Part shown: positions 43,388 through 56,289 of the stretch, in pieces
Position numbering within the stretch: position 1 is the first letter of the stretch
Layout of the letters: each line of letters starts with the position of its first letter
Assembly (NCBI GenBank): GCA_951406725.2
Contig: OX597841.1
Coordinates: 28,210,001-28,274,000, forward strand
Direction: 5' to 3'
DNA length: 64,000 bases
DNA from: Octopus vulgaris
Taxonomy: Eukaryota
Program-made: the position numbers and the translations under genes
Notes under the pieces: generated by a model
Database searches by the model: none
What the model was told of the DNA's origin: nothing
What the model saw: only the letters and a program-made list of their open reading frames with translations

Positions 43388-43734
43388 GTATGTATATATA
43401 TATATATATACATGTATATATAAATATATATATATATATTTATATATACATGTATGTATGTATATATGTATGTATGTATGTGGGAGGCTGATTTGCTGGT
43501 GTAAAGGTAACACACTTAGTCACGTTAACAAATGGATGTGGGTTCAACTCCCACACAAATAGGAAAGCCTTCTTTTTTCTGCCGAGGGCTTATATGCCCC
43601 TTTATTTAGACTATTTTCCTGAGTCATTGCACGGTGATCGCCATAAGCTTTAAGCTTATATAAAAATACCATTTCTATTATTTACAGGATTGTAAAATAC
43701 AGCGCCATAATAAAAAAAAACATTCGCACTGAAA

Positions 43735-43767
<33 letters not shown>

Positions 43768-43883
43768 AACAATAATAATAATAATAATAATAATAATATA
43801 TTAGGGAGTATATCTCCAAACTTACAGGGAAAAATTCAATTTAGTATTAAATCAAATTTCACAATTTGTCCTGTACTTTTCAA

Positions 43884-44449
43884 CATGGAAAAGTACAGGA
43901 CAAGTTATTACACCTGTAAAAGTATAGGACAAGCTATTACTTCTAGTAAAGTAAAAAATAAGAAACTTTTACTTAAAATATTGCAGCAAAGAATGCCAGT
44001 TCTTCTAATTTATCACTCTTTACAGTTCTCATCTTTTAAATTTATTGTACAAAACTGTTCAGCTAATTTGTAAGTTCGTCTAATTAGTCACTTTTTTCTG
44101 TATTTAAGGTAGTAAATTATCCAAATTCTACTTAAATAAGTATAGTGTTATTTGTAAACTATAATAAAATAAATCTTAATATTCAAATTTTAATTTTAGC
44201 TGCAATATTTTAAGTAAAAAGTTTCTTATTCTTTACCTTTCTTGAAGTAATAGCTTGTCCTAAACTTTTACAGGTGTAATAGCTTGTCCTAAACTTTTAC
44301 AGGTGTAATAGCTTGTCCTAAACTTTTACAGGTGTAATAGCTTGTCCTAAACTTTTACAGGTGTAATAGCTTGTCCTAAACTTTTACAGGTGTAATAGCT
44401 TGTCCTAAACTTTTACAGGTTTAATAGCTTGTCCTATACTTTTCCAGGT
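43884..44449. mobile_element. Fold-back element with modular inverted arms (29-bp subrepeat)
   Basis: 43884-43987 is inverted relative to 44199-44449; 7 x GTAATAGCTTGTCCTAAACTTTTACAGGT at 44247-44449 versus about 2 on the left arm. Confidence 0.75.
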
Positions 44450-45531
44450 TTATAATCTTAAGAATATTACTTTTCATGCTTGCATTTTTCCATGTAATCC
44501 ATGATTTTACCAGGTATTGCTTTTATAAGATAATTAATAATGTGTCAATTAATAATTTAAGATTTTAATTTTATAATATACAGAAAGATAATATTTCAAT
44601 TTTTCCATGTAACTGATGATAATATTTCAATTTTTTTCTATGTCTAATTTAAATATATGTTGTGATTGAATTATTTGATATTACCCATCCACACCAAATT
44701 AATGGCAGGGAATTTTGCCATCTTGTTGCTCGCACCATGGCTCACCAAAAGTTACAAACAACAAGACCCCAAAACCATCAGTTACCAGGTTCGCCTTAAG
44801 TAACCTAGATTTTGAGTTGGTGATAATTAGCACTGACTGCTGCTAATATAAATCTATCAATAATTATTTAATACATCAGTAATTATAAAAGCATATCAGA
44901 TATACACAAGTTAAAATTACCTACATCCCGTTAATATAAATTTGATTTATGAAAAATCCCTTTTAATTAATTTTGAAATTTAAAAAGTAAACTTAGAATA
45001 TAAGCACTTTTAACCAGTGCCTTTTCTGGACAGCCTTACTACATGCCTTCAGGTCTGCCCTTAGAGAAACAGCAGGTGACTATATTCCTGCCCCAATAAA
45101 TTTAGATGCACATATCTGAGTGAACGAACATTAATGAACTAGCCTGATTAAATAATTAACTAAGAAGAAAAAGAAAAGCAAAAAAGGCAGAAAGCAAGTT
45201 AATTAAAGCTGAAAGAGAAAATTAATAATAAAAGTTAAACTTACCCTAATTCAACAACATATTAAAAATAACTTTATTAAATACTTAATTAAAAATCGTG
45301 CCGGTGGCACGTAAAAAAGCACCATCCGAGCGTGGCCGTTCGCCAGCCTCACCTGGAGTAAAAGTTGTAAATTATGAACCTCGTTAAGCCGGTGGCACGT
45401 AAAAAGCACCATCCAAGCGTGGAAAACAACTACTAAAAGCCAATGGGAGCCTGGTCAAAAGAGAGGTAGAGAGCCCTTTTCTCCTTTTATGATACCTTTT
45501 TCAATTACAGACGAAACCTGAGAATTGGTCC

Positions 45532-45576
<45 letters not shown>

Positions 45577-45579
<3 letters not shown>

Positions 45580-45771
45580 GACTTGCTAATAGAAACTGAA
45601 AAAATGTGGCATCTCAAGGCAACTACAGTACCAGTGATTGTAGGATCTCTAGGAATGATAAAAAAAAGGTTACTGAAACCTATTTGAAAATGATACCAGG
45701 CTTACCATCCCTACAGGAAGTGCAAAAAAATCGTATTAACTGGAACGGCTCATCTACTTAGAAGAGCATTA
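45577..45771 (+). pseudogene. Dong/R4-clade non-LTR retrotransposon, RLE C-terminal fragment
   Basis: KDLLIETEKMWHLKATTVPVIVGSLGMIKK / TETYLKMIPGLPSLQEVQK / IVLTGTAHLLRRAL; directly follows (AAT)n at 45532-45576. Confidence 0.8.
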
Positions 45772-47130
45772 CGTTCCTGGTGAAACAACATCAATTCATG
45801 GATTTATTTATTTTTTTACTCTTTTTACTCTTTTTGACTTGTTTCAGTCATTTGACTGCGGCCATGCTGGAGCACCACCTTTAGTCGAGCAAATCGACCC
45901 CGGGACTTATTCTTTGTAAGCCCAGTACTTATTCTATCAGTCTCTTTTGCCGAACCGCTAAGTTACAGGGACGTAAACACACCAGCATCGGTTGTCAAGC
46001 AATGCTAGGGGGACAAACACAGACACACAAACACACACGCACATACATATATATACATATATACGACGGGCTTCTTTCAGTTTCCGTCTACCAAATCCAC
46101 TCACAAGGCATTGGTCGGCCCGGGGCTATAGCAGAAGACACGTGCCCAAGATGCCACGCAGTGACTGAACCCGGAACCATGTGGTTGGTTAGCAAGCTAC
46201 TTACCAAACAGACACTCCATATGTATTTTTTTAAAATACACATTTTACTTGAGAATTTGCGTGTGTAATCCGGGAATGCATACAATGAGCTTCTCTGCCT
46301 TAGGTGTACGGAAAACACCCAGCGAGAAACGGAAGAAAATTTGAAGAAAGAAGGAAAAATAATAATAATGATAATAATAATAATAATAATAATGACTAAA
46401 CTAATTTAACATAAAATGATAAATTATAAATTTTGCTCTAAAATTAGATTGCATAAGCTTTTAACAGTGAAATGATAATAAAAAAATTAATAAAGACGAA
46501 AATTATAAATTTACTTCATACGTTGCAAGTCATTGACTTCCCCCCTGCCTGATGAGATCTCATTTTATTTTAATTACCTATATTAGTTTTATCATGTATA
46601 ATATAATTACTATTATAGGTAAAATTTAGTATCTTTTGTCTTTTGTAGCACCCACAACCATCCTTTTAAGTAGTTGTCATGTCAACCACCTACCTAATTA
46701 GCGAGTGGTGTATCAAAACTAAACTAACTTAACGAGGATCGCTATTTATAAATTTTACTCTAAAAATGAATTGTATAAGCCTCAAACAATCATCATCATC
46801 ATCATCATCATTTAATATCTGCTTTCCATGCTAGCATGGGTTGGACGATTTGACTGAGGTCTGGTGAACCAGACTCCAATCTGATCTGGCAGAGTTTCTA
46901 CAGCTGGATGCCCTTCCTAATGCCAACCACTCCGAGAGTGTAGTGGGTGCTTTTACGTGCCACCGGCACGAGGGCCAGTTTGGTGGTACTGGCAACGTCC
47001 ACGTCCAAATGGTGCTTTTTATGTGCCACCTGCACAGGAGCCAGTCCAGCGGCACTGGCAACGATCTCGCTCGAATGCTTTTATGTGCCACCAGCACAAG
47101 TGCCAGTAAGGCGACACAGGTAACGATCAC

Positions 47131-47310
47131 ACTTCTATATTTAAGAGATGAGGAATTATTTATATTATTTACATTATTTTCATTTGACGGATATTTATCC
47201 TCATCTTGTTTGTTGTTAACACGTTTCAGCTGATATACCCTTCAGCCTTCCTCAGGTGTCTTGGGGAAATTTTGAACCTGGGTTCTCATTCCTAAAGTAT
47301 TTTTCAATGT
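47131..47310 (-). mobile_element. Penelope-like terminal relic with degenerate hammerhead (47217-47259)
   Basis: Minus strand ACAC-CTGAGGA-AGGCTG(..)CAGCT-GAAA-CGTGTT lacks a clean NUH site; related partial copy at 55222-55318 (+). Confidence 0.5.
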
Positions 47311-47372
47311 TGTTGTTGTTGTTGTTATTATTATTATTATTATTATAACTAAATTCCTTGTTATATTTAAGA

Positions 47373-47668
47373 CTAGCAGTATCGCCCGGCATTGCTCGGG
47401 TTTGTAAGGGAAATAACTATATAAGCATTTTTAGAGAGTTACTTCCCTTATATAAACCGAGCAAAAAAAATCATTAAAAATGCGGAAAAATTATGGTAAA
47501 TTTTTTTTTTAAATCGTAGACGTGCGCTAATACCCAGAAGGGCTCAATATGAATCACGACTATAAGATGCCTGCTTTTGGTTAAACTGTGCTGCAAAATG
47601 TGGGAGTAGTTAGGAATCTAAATCGGAGTAGACAGACACACACACAACTTTAGTTTTATATATAAAGA
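47373..47668 (-). mobile_element. Non-autonomous Helitron inside a piggyBac MITE relic
   Basis: Minus strand ATCTTTATATATAAA start and CCCGAGCAATGCCGGGCGATACTGCTAG end. Flanks 47345-47370 and 47669-47721 match the 21066 MITE left end. Confidence 0.8.
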
Positions 47669-48307
47669 TTAATTAAAAGAAACAGAGCATCTCAAAATCA
47701 ATACAGTAACGAAAGGGTTAAGATCAGTAAAATCTTTAAACCTTCTCATTGAGTCTTCTCTTAGTGTCTGCAGATGTAAAAAAAGCAATCTATATCTGTA
47801 TCTAGCATTAAATTTCTTTAGGGCAGCAAACAAGCAGAATGGCTACAACCCTGGGTATAATGTTCAGCAGCATGTCACCCATCTTTATATTCTGAGTTCA
47901 AATTCTGTTGAAGTCAACTTTGCTTTTCTTCCTTCCAGGGTCGATAAAATAAGCATCAGCTGAGGACTGGGGTCTATGTAATTGACTTAACCCCTCCCCC
48001 AAAATTGCTGGCCTTGTGCCAAAATCTAAACCCGGTGTTAAACTGCTATCATGGTTTTCTATTATGTATGGGCTTAGAAACTGTGAAAAAAAAATCTCTC
48101 TTTGTTGAATGATAATTTACTGATAAAATCAAAACAAATCAAAATAGATGAACATCAATGGAATTTGTATCTTCGTGGTACCAGTGCCGGTGGCACACAA
48201 GAAAACCATCCGAATGTGGTCGTAGCCAGTACCGCATCGACTGGCCTCCGTGCTGTGGGCACATAACAAACACCATCCGATCGTGGCCGTTCGCCAGCCT
48301 CATCTGG

Positions 48308-48675
48308 CACCTGTGTTGGTGGCACATAAAAACACCATCCGAGCATGGCCGTCTGCCACCTGTGTCGGTGGCACATAAAAACACCATCCGAGCATGGCCG
48401 TCTGCCACCTGTGTTGGTGGCACATAAAAACACCATCCGAGCATGGCCGTCTGCCACCTGTGTCGGTGGCACATAAAAACACCATCCGAGCATGGCCGTC
48501 TGCCACCTGTGTTGGTGGCACATAAAAACACCATCCGAGCATGGCCGTCTGCCACCTGTGTCGGTGGCACATAAAAACACCATCCGAGCATGGCCGTCTG
48601 CCACCTGTGTCGGTGGCACATAAAAACACCATCCGAGCATGGCCGTCTGCCACCTGTGTCGGTGGCACATAAAAT
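48308..48675 (+). repeat. About 7.5 x 49-bp minisatellite inside an RTE-like 3' UTR
   Basis: Unit CACCTGTGTCGGTGGCACATAAAAACACCATCCGAGCATGGCCGTCTGC. Confidence 0.93.
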
Positions 48676-49181
48676 CACCCACTACACTCTCGGAGTGGTC
48701 GGCGTTAGGAAGGGCATCCAGCCGTAGAAACACTGCCAGATCTGACTGGCCTGGTGCAGCCTTCGGGCTCCCCAGACCCCAGTTGAACCGTCCAACTCAT
48801 GCTAGCATGGAAAGCGGACGTTAAATGATGATGATGATGATGATGATGAAATGCATTTATAATTAACTTTGCTTAAATTAAATTCATATTATTTCCTTGC
48901 AACTAAATGTTAATCGCATTTAATTTAGTGAAAATATCAGAAAGATTATGCAACGTCAATTCTTCGGTTGCTTAATTTATTACATGTCCTCGTCATCTGA
49001 ATTAAGAAATTCTAAAACGGTATCAGAGAGATTATAAAAATGCTTTAAACAACTTCCAATGGAGAGCCGTCATATCTCAGTATGAAGTGACAGATACTTG
49101 AATTCTTCTCTTTTTTCATGGCAAAGCTTCCGAAAGATACAATCATTCAGTGAATGAGTCTTAATTTTATTTAGTTTTAAT

Positions 49182-52100
49182 TATTGGGTTGTCTGGAAAG
49201 TTTGTGCCGATTTATAGTAGCTTACCTTTCGACTTATTTTAGAACATGGTTGAGTCCATAAAATAGGATTTGACTACACCTCCATTTAGAGCACAGTTTA
49301 AGCTAGCTCTGCTTTTCTATCAAGATATTGGGTTGTCTGGAAAGTTCGTGCCGATTTATAGTAGCTTACCTTTTGACTTATTTTAGAACATGGTTGAGTC
49401 CATAAAATAGGATTTGACTACACCTCCATTTAGAGCACAGTTTAAGCTAGCTCTGCTTTTCTATCAAGATATTGGGTTGTCTGGAAAGTTTGTGCCGATT
49501 TATAGTAGCTTACCTTTCGACTTATTTTAGAACATGGTTGAGTCCATAAAATAGGATTTGACTACACCTCCATTTAGAGCACAGTTTAAGCTAGCTCTGC
49601 TTTTCTCTCAAGATATTGGGTTGTCTGGAAAGTTCGTGCCGATTTATAGTAGCTTACCTTTCGACTTATTTTAGAACATGGTTGAGTCCATAAAATAGGA
49701 TTTGACTACACCTCCATTTAGAGCACAGTTTAAGCTAGCTCTGCTTTTCTATCAAGATATTGGGTTGTCTGGAAAGTTTGTGCCGATTTATAGTAGCTTA
49801 CCTTTTGACTTATTTTAGAACATGGTTGAGTCCATAAAATAGGATTTGACTACACCTCCATTTAGAGCACAGTTTAAGCTAGCTCTGCTTTTCTATCAAG
49901 ATATTGGGTTGTCTGGAAAGTTTGTGCCGATTTATAGTAGCTTACCTTTTGACTTATTTTAGAACATGGTTGAGTCCATAAAATAGGATTTGACTACACC
50001 TCCATTTAGAGCACAGTTTAAGCTAGCTCTGCTTTTCTATCAAGATATTGGGTTGTCTGGAAAGTTCGTGCCGATTTATAGTAGCTTACCTTTCGACTTA
50101 TTTTAGAACATGGTTGAGTCCATAAAATAGGATTTGACTACACCTCCATTTAGAGCACAGTTTAAGCTAGCTCTGCTTTTCTATCAAGATATTGGGTTGT
50201 CTGGAAAGTTTGTGCCGATTTATAGTAGCTTACCTTTTGACTTATTTTAGAACATGGTTGAGTCCATAAAATAGGATTTGACTACACCTCCATTTAGAGC
50301 ACAGTTTAAGCTAGCTCTGCTTTTCTCTCAAGATATTGGGTTGTCTGGAAAGTTTGTGCCGATTTATAGTAGCTTACCTTTTGACTTATTTTAGAACATG
50401 GTTGAGTCCATAAAATAGGATTTGACTACACCTCCATTTAGAGCACAGTTTAAGCTAGCTCTGCTTTTCTCTCAAGATATTGGGTTGTCTGGAAAGTTTG
50501 TGCCGATTTATAGTAGCTTACCTTTCGACTTATTTTAGAACATGGTTGAGTCCATAAAATAGGATTTGACTACACCTCCATTTAGAGCACAGTTTAAGCT
50601 AGCTCTGCTTTTCTCTCAAGATATTGGGTTGTCTGGAAAGTTTGTGCCGATTTATAGTAGCTTACCTTTCGACTTATTTTAGAACATGGTTGAGTCCATA
50701 AAATAGGATTTGACTACACCTCCATTTAGAGCACAGTTTAAGCTAGCTCTGCTTTTCTCTCAAGATATTGGGTTGTCTGGAAAGTTTGTGCCGATTTATA
50801 GTAGCTTACCTTTCGACTTATTTTAGAACATGGTTGAGTCCATAAAATAGGATTTGACTACACCTCCATTTAGAGCACAGTTTAAGCTAGCTCTGCTTTT
50901 CTCTCAAGATATTGGGTTGTCTGGAAAGTTTGTGCCGATTTATAGTAGCTTACCTTTCGACTTATTTTAGAACATGGTTGAGTCCATAAAATAGGATTTG
51001 ACTACACCTCCATTTAGAGCACAGTTTAAGCTAGCTCTGCTTTTCTCTCAAGATATTGGGTTGTCTGGAAAGTTTGTGCCGATTTATAGTAGCTTACCTT
51101 TCGACTTATTTTAGAACATGGTTGAGTCCATAAAATAGGATTTGACTACACCTCCATTTAGAGCACAGTTTAAGCTAGCTCTGCTTTTCTCTCAAGATAT
51201 TGGGTTGTCTGGAAAGTTTGTGCCGATTTATAGTAGCTTACCTTTCGACTTATTTTAGAACATGGTTGAGTCCATAAAATAGGATTTGACTACACCTCCA
51301 TTTAGAGCACAGTTTAAGCTAGCTCTGCTTTTCTCTCAAGATATTGGGTTGTCTGGAAAGTTTGTGCCGATTTATAGTAGCTTACCTTTCGACTTATTTT
51401 AGAACATGGTTGAGTCCATAAAATAGGATTTGACTACACCTCCATTTAGAGCACAGTTTAAGCTAGCTCTGCTTTTCTCTCAAGATATTGGGTTGTCTGG
51501 AAAGTTTGTGCCGATTTATAGTAGCTTACCTTTTGACTTATTTTAGAACATGGTTGAGTCCATAAAATAGGATTTGACTACACCTCCATTTAGAGCACAG
51601 TTTAAGCTAGCTCTGCTTTTCTCTCAAGATATTGGGTTGTCTGGAAAGTTTGTGCCGATTTATAGTAGCTTACCTTTTGACTTATTTTAGAACATGGTTG
51701 AGTCCATAAAATAGGATTTGACTACACCTCCATTTAGAGCACAGTTTAAGCTAGCTCTGCTTTTCTCTCAAGATATTGGGTTGTCTGGAAAGTTCGTGCC
51801 GATTTATAGTAGCTTACCTTTCGACTTATTTTAGAACATGGTTGAGTCCATAAAATAGGATTTGACTACACCTCCATTTAGAGCACAGTTTAAGCTAGCT
51901 CTGCTTTTCTCTCAAGATATTGGGTTGTCTGGAAAGTTTGTGCCGATTTATAGTAGCTTACCTTTCGACTTATTTTAGAACATGGTTGAGTCCATAAAAT
52001 AGGATTTGACTACACCTCCATTTAGAGCACAGTTTAAGCTAGCTCTGCTTTTCTCTCAAGATATTGGGTTGTCTGGAAAGTTTGTGCCGATTTATAGTAG

Positions 52101-54343
52101 CTTACCTTTCGACTTATTTTAGAACATGGTTGAGTCCATAAAATAGGATTTGACTACACCTCCATTTAGAGCACAGTTTAAGCTAGCTCTGCTTTTCTCT
52201 CAAGATATTGGGTTGTCCGGAAAGTTTGTGCCGATTTATAGTAGCTTACCTTTCGACTTATTTTAAAACATGGTTGAGTCCATAAAATAGGATTTGACTA
52301 CACCTCCATTTAGAGCACAGTTTAAGCTAGCTCTGCTTTTCTCTCAAGATATTGGGTTGTCCGGAAAGTTCGTGCCGATTTATAGTAGTTTACCTTTCGA
52401 CTTATTTTAGAACATGGTTGAGTCCATAAAATAGGATTTGACTACACCTTCATTCAGAGCCCAGTTTAAGCCAGCTCTGCTTTTCTCTCAAGATATTGGG
52501 TTGTCTGGAAAGTTTGTGCCGATTTATAGTAGCTTACCTTTCGACTTATTTTAGAACATGGTTGAGTCCATAAAATAGGATTTGACTACACTTCCATTTA
52601 GAGCACAGTTTAAGCTAGCTCTGCTTTTCTCTCAAGATATTGGGTTGTCCGGAAAATTCGTGCCGATTTATAGTAGCTTACCTTTTGACTTATTTTAGAA
52701 CATGGTTGAGTCCATAAAATAGGATTTGACTACACCTCCATTTAGAGCACAGTTTAAGCTAGCTCTGCTTTTCTCTCAAGATATTGGGTTGTCTGGAAAA
52801 TTTGTGCCGGTTTATAGTAGCTTACCTTTTGACTTAGTTTAGAACATGGTTGAGTCCATAAAATAGGATTTGACTACACCTCCATTTAGAGCACAGTTTA
52901 AGCTAGCTCTGCTTTTCTCTCAAGATATTGGTTGTCTGGAAAGTTTGTGCCGATTTATAGTAGCTTACCTTTCGACTTATTTTAGAACATGGTTGAGTCC
53001 ATAAAATAGGATTTGACTACACCTCCATTTAGAGCCCAGTTTAAGCTAGCTCTGCTTTTCTCTCAAGATATTGGGTTGTCTGGAAAGTTTGTGCCGATTT
53101 ATAGTAGCTTACCTTTCGACTTATTTTAGAACATGGTTGAGTCCATAAAATAGGATTTGACTACACCTCCATTTAGAGCCCAGTTTAATCTAGCTCTGCT
53201 TTTCTCTCAAGATATTGGGTTGTCTGGAAAGTTCGTGCCGATTTATAGTAGCTTACCTTTCGACTTATTTTAGAACATGGTTGAGTCCATAAAATAGGAT
53301 TTGACTACACCTCCATTTAGAGCACAGTTTAAGCTAGCTCTGCTTTTCTCTCAAGATATTGGGTTGTCTGGAAAGTTTGTGCCGATTTATAGTAGCTTAC
53401 CTTTCGACTTATTTTAGAACATGGTTGAGTCCATAAAATAGGATTTGACTACACCTCCATTTAGAGCACAGTTTAAGCTAGCTCTGCTTTTCTCTCAAGA
53501 TATTGGGTTGTCTGGAAAGTTTGTGCCGATTTATAGTAGCTTACCTTTCGACTTATTTTAGAACATGGTTGAGTCCATAAAATAGGATTGACTACACCTC
53601 CATTCAGGGCACAGTTTAAGCTAGCTCTGCTTTTCTCTCAAGATATTGGGTTGTCTGGAAAGTTTGTGCCGATTTATAGTAGCTTGCCTTTTGACTTATT
53701 TTAGAACATGGTTGAGTCCATAAAATAGGATTTGACTACACCTCCATTTAGAGCACAGTTTAAGCTAGCTCTGCTTTTCTCTCAAGATATTGGGTTGTCT
53801 GGAAAGTTTGTGCCGATTTATAGTAGCTTACCTTTCGACTTATTTTAGAACATGGTTGAGTCCATAAAATAGGATTTGACTACACCTCCATTTAGAGCAC
53901 AGTTTAAGCTAGCTCTGCTTTTCTCTCAAGATATTGGGTTGTCTGGAAAGTTTGTGCCGATTTATAGTAGCTTGCCTTTCGACTTATTTTAGAACATGGC
54001 TGAGTCCATAAAATAGGATTTGACTACACCTCCATTTAGAGCACAGTTTAAGCTAGCTCTGCTTTTCTCTCAAGATATTGGGTTGTCTGGAAAGTTTGTG
54101 CCGATTTATAGTAGCTTACCTTTCGACTTATTTTAGAACATGGTTGAGTCCATAAAATAGGATTTGACTACACCTCCATTTAGAGCACAGTTTAAGCTAG
54201 CTCTGCTTTTCTCTCAAGATATTGGGTTGTCTGGAAAGTTTGTGCCGATTTATAGTAGCTTACCTTTCGACATATTTTAGAACATGGTTGAGTCCATAAA
54301 ATAGGATTTGGCTACACCTCCATTTAGAGCCCAGTTTAAGCTA
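49182..54343 (+). repeat. 36 x 144-bp satellite derived from a mariner left end
   Basis: Unit starts TATTGGGTTGTCTGGAAAGTTTGTGCCGATTT at 49182, 49326 ... 54220; the last unit runs into the mariner 5' UTR and ATG at 54404. Confidence 0.95.
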
Positions 54344-54403
54344 TCTTTTCGTGGAAGAAGGTTTATGTTCGTATAACCTGTGTTAATTCTGTAACCCTTT
54401 AAA

Positions 54404-54670
54404 ATGGAAGATAAGAAAGTTCATTTTCGGCACTTGATGCTTTGGGAACCAGACAAAAATTGCTGCAGCTCGGCTGGGATGTGCTACCCTACCCTCCATA
54501 TTCACCAGATATTGCTCCTTCGGATTTCTACTTATTCAGGTCTCTGCAGAATTGTCTTAATGGTAAAAATTTCAATTCCTTGGATGACATAAAAAGATAC
54601 CTTGATGAATTCTTTGCCATGAAACCACCTCAATTCTGGGAAGAGGGTAAGTTAAAGGAAAGATGGAGAC
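54404..54670 (+). pseudogene. Internally deleted mariner transposase (probably mellifera-like)
   Basis: MEDKKVHFRHLMLWE fused to TRQKLLQLGWDVLPYPPYSPDIAPSDFYLFRSLQNCLNGKNF...; YSPD.APSD motif. Confidence 0.9.
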
Positions 54671-55220
54671 CCATAAAATAGGATTTCACTACACCTCCAT
54701 TTAGAGCACAGTTTAAGCTATCTCTTCGTGGAAGAAGGTTTATGTTCCTATAACCTGTGTTAATTCTGTAACCCTTTAAAATGGAAGATAGAAAGTTCAT
54801 TTTCGGCACTTGATGCTTTGGGAACCAGACAAAAGGGTTACAGAATTAACACAGGTTATAGGAACAAAAACCTTCTTCTACGAAAAGATAGCTTATACAG
54901 TGCTCTAAATGGAGGTGTAGTCAAATCCTATTTTATGGACTCAACCATGTTCTAAAATAAGTCAAAAGGTAAGCTACTATAAATTGGCACAAACTTTCCA
55001 GACAACCCAATATCTTGAGAGAAAAGCAGAGCTAGCTTAAACTGGGCTCTAAATGGAGGTGTAGTCAAATCCTATTTTATAGACTCAACCATGTTCTAAA
55101 ATAAGTCGAAAGGTAAGCTACTATAAATCGGCGCGAACATTTTTTACCATTAAGACTATTCTGCAGAGACCTGAATAAGTGGAAATCTGAAGGAGCAATA
55201 TCTGGTGAATATGGAGGGTG
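54671..55220. mobile_element. Duplicated and inverted mariner fragments (fold-back)
   Basis: 54671-54777 pairs with 54832-54938; inverted satellite units continue to 55137; inverted transposase piece at 55138-55220. Confidence 0.88.
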
Positions 55221-56023
55221 GAAGGATATCAGCCAAAATGTGTTAGCAACAAAGATGAGGAGAAATATCCATCAAATGTAAACAATGTACATAATTCCTA
55301 ATCTATTAAATATAGAACAGTCTAGAGTTGTTTGCTTAGAAGCCTTTTTTGCCCTCTATAAATTTCTCGGTAACACACAGAAGCATTTGTTATGGTAATA
55401 GAAACTTTTGCACTTTGTTCAAAATTTATATCTACTACAAAAGAAAACTTGTAAAAAACCCTGGGGCCTCATAAGGCAGATCCTTGTAAAGTGAGTTATT
55501 ACTGTTTTGCTGCTGTCTTCCTCTTCTTCTGCCAATCAGGACTCATGCCATTAGTCACAAAGAAAAATCTCTAATTTGAGCCTACTCTAAGCGACTAGAG
55601 TATGCGTGGCAACTTGAAGACCCACCCACCACACGCGATGGACTGGCGCGAAAGCTACGTTGTTATCCTCATTCCATAAACAGTGGCTTTTAATGGGTGG
55701 AGAGCTGAACCATCCTGGGGTACAGAGGATTTGCAATCTAGACTAGGGTCTGAAAGTTTACCACACCATAGAGGGTTAGACCACGGTTCCTCTGCTTTGT
55801 GGCAGAAGTGGGAAGAAAGAGTGAGAGAAAGTTGTGGTGAAAGAGTACAGCGGGACTCACCACCACCCTCTGCCGGAGCCTCATGGAGCTTAGGTGTTTT
55901 TGCTCAATAAACACACACAAAGCCCGGTCTGGGAATCGAAACCGCGTTCTTACGACCGCGAGTCCGCTGCCCTAACCACTGGACCATTGTGCCTCCATTG
56001 CTGCTGCTAATAACCATCTTTAA

Positions 56024-56241
56024 CCCTTTAGCGTTCAAATTAATGTCAAAAGTAATCCTTATTCATTTATATTTTTAAAAATTAATCTGGTATTATCTTG
56101 TAGCTTCAAGATTTGAAAGATGTAATTGTTTATTTTTAGAATGACATTGCAAGGTAAGTGTGAGATACTGGTTCTGGCCAGTTTGAGCATAAAATGAGCA
56201 GAATATTAGGGCCGGATATAGCCGGTTCAAACACTAAAGGG
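56024..56241. mobile_element. piggyBac-type MITE (second family)
   Basis: TTAA|CCCTTTAGCGTT...AACACTAAAGGG|TTAA. Confidence 0.85.
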
Positions 56242-56289
56242 TTAAAAAGAAAAACAATAAACTTAATATTTCAAGTAAGACACAAAGTC

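Noticed and set aside
46548-46570. CTGATGAG core
   Set aside because: No downstream GAAA or stems; likewise CTGAGGA near 29684 and CTGATGA near 44613.
48139-48733. 179-192 aa repetitive ORFs
   Set aside because: Products of a 49-bp repeat that is not a multiple of three.
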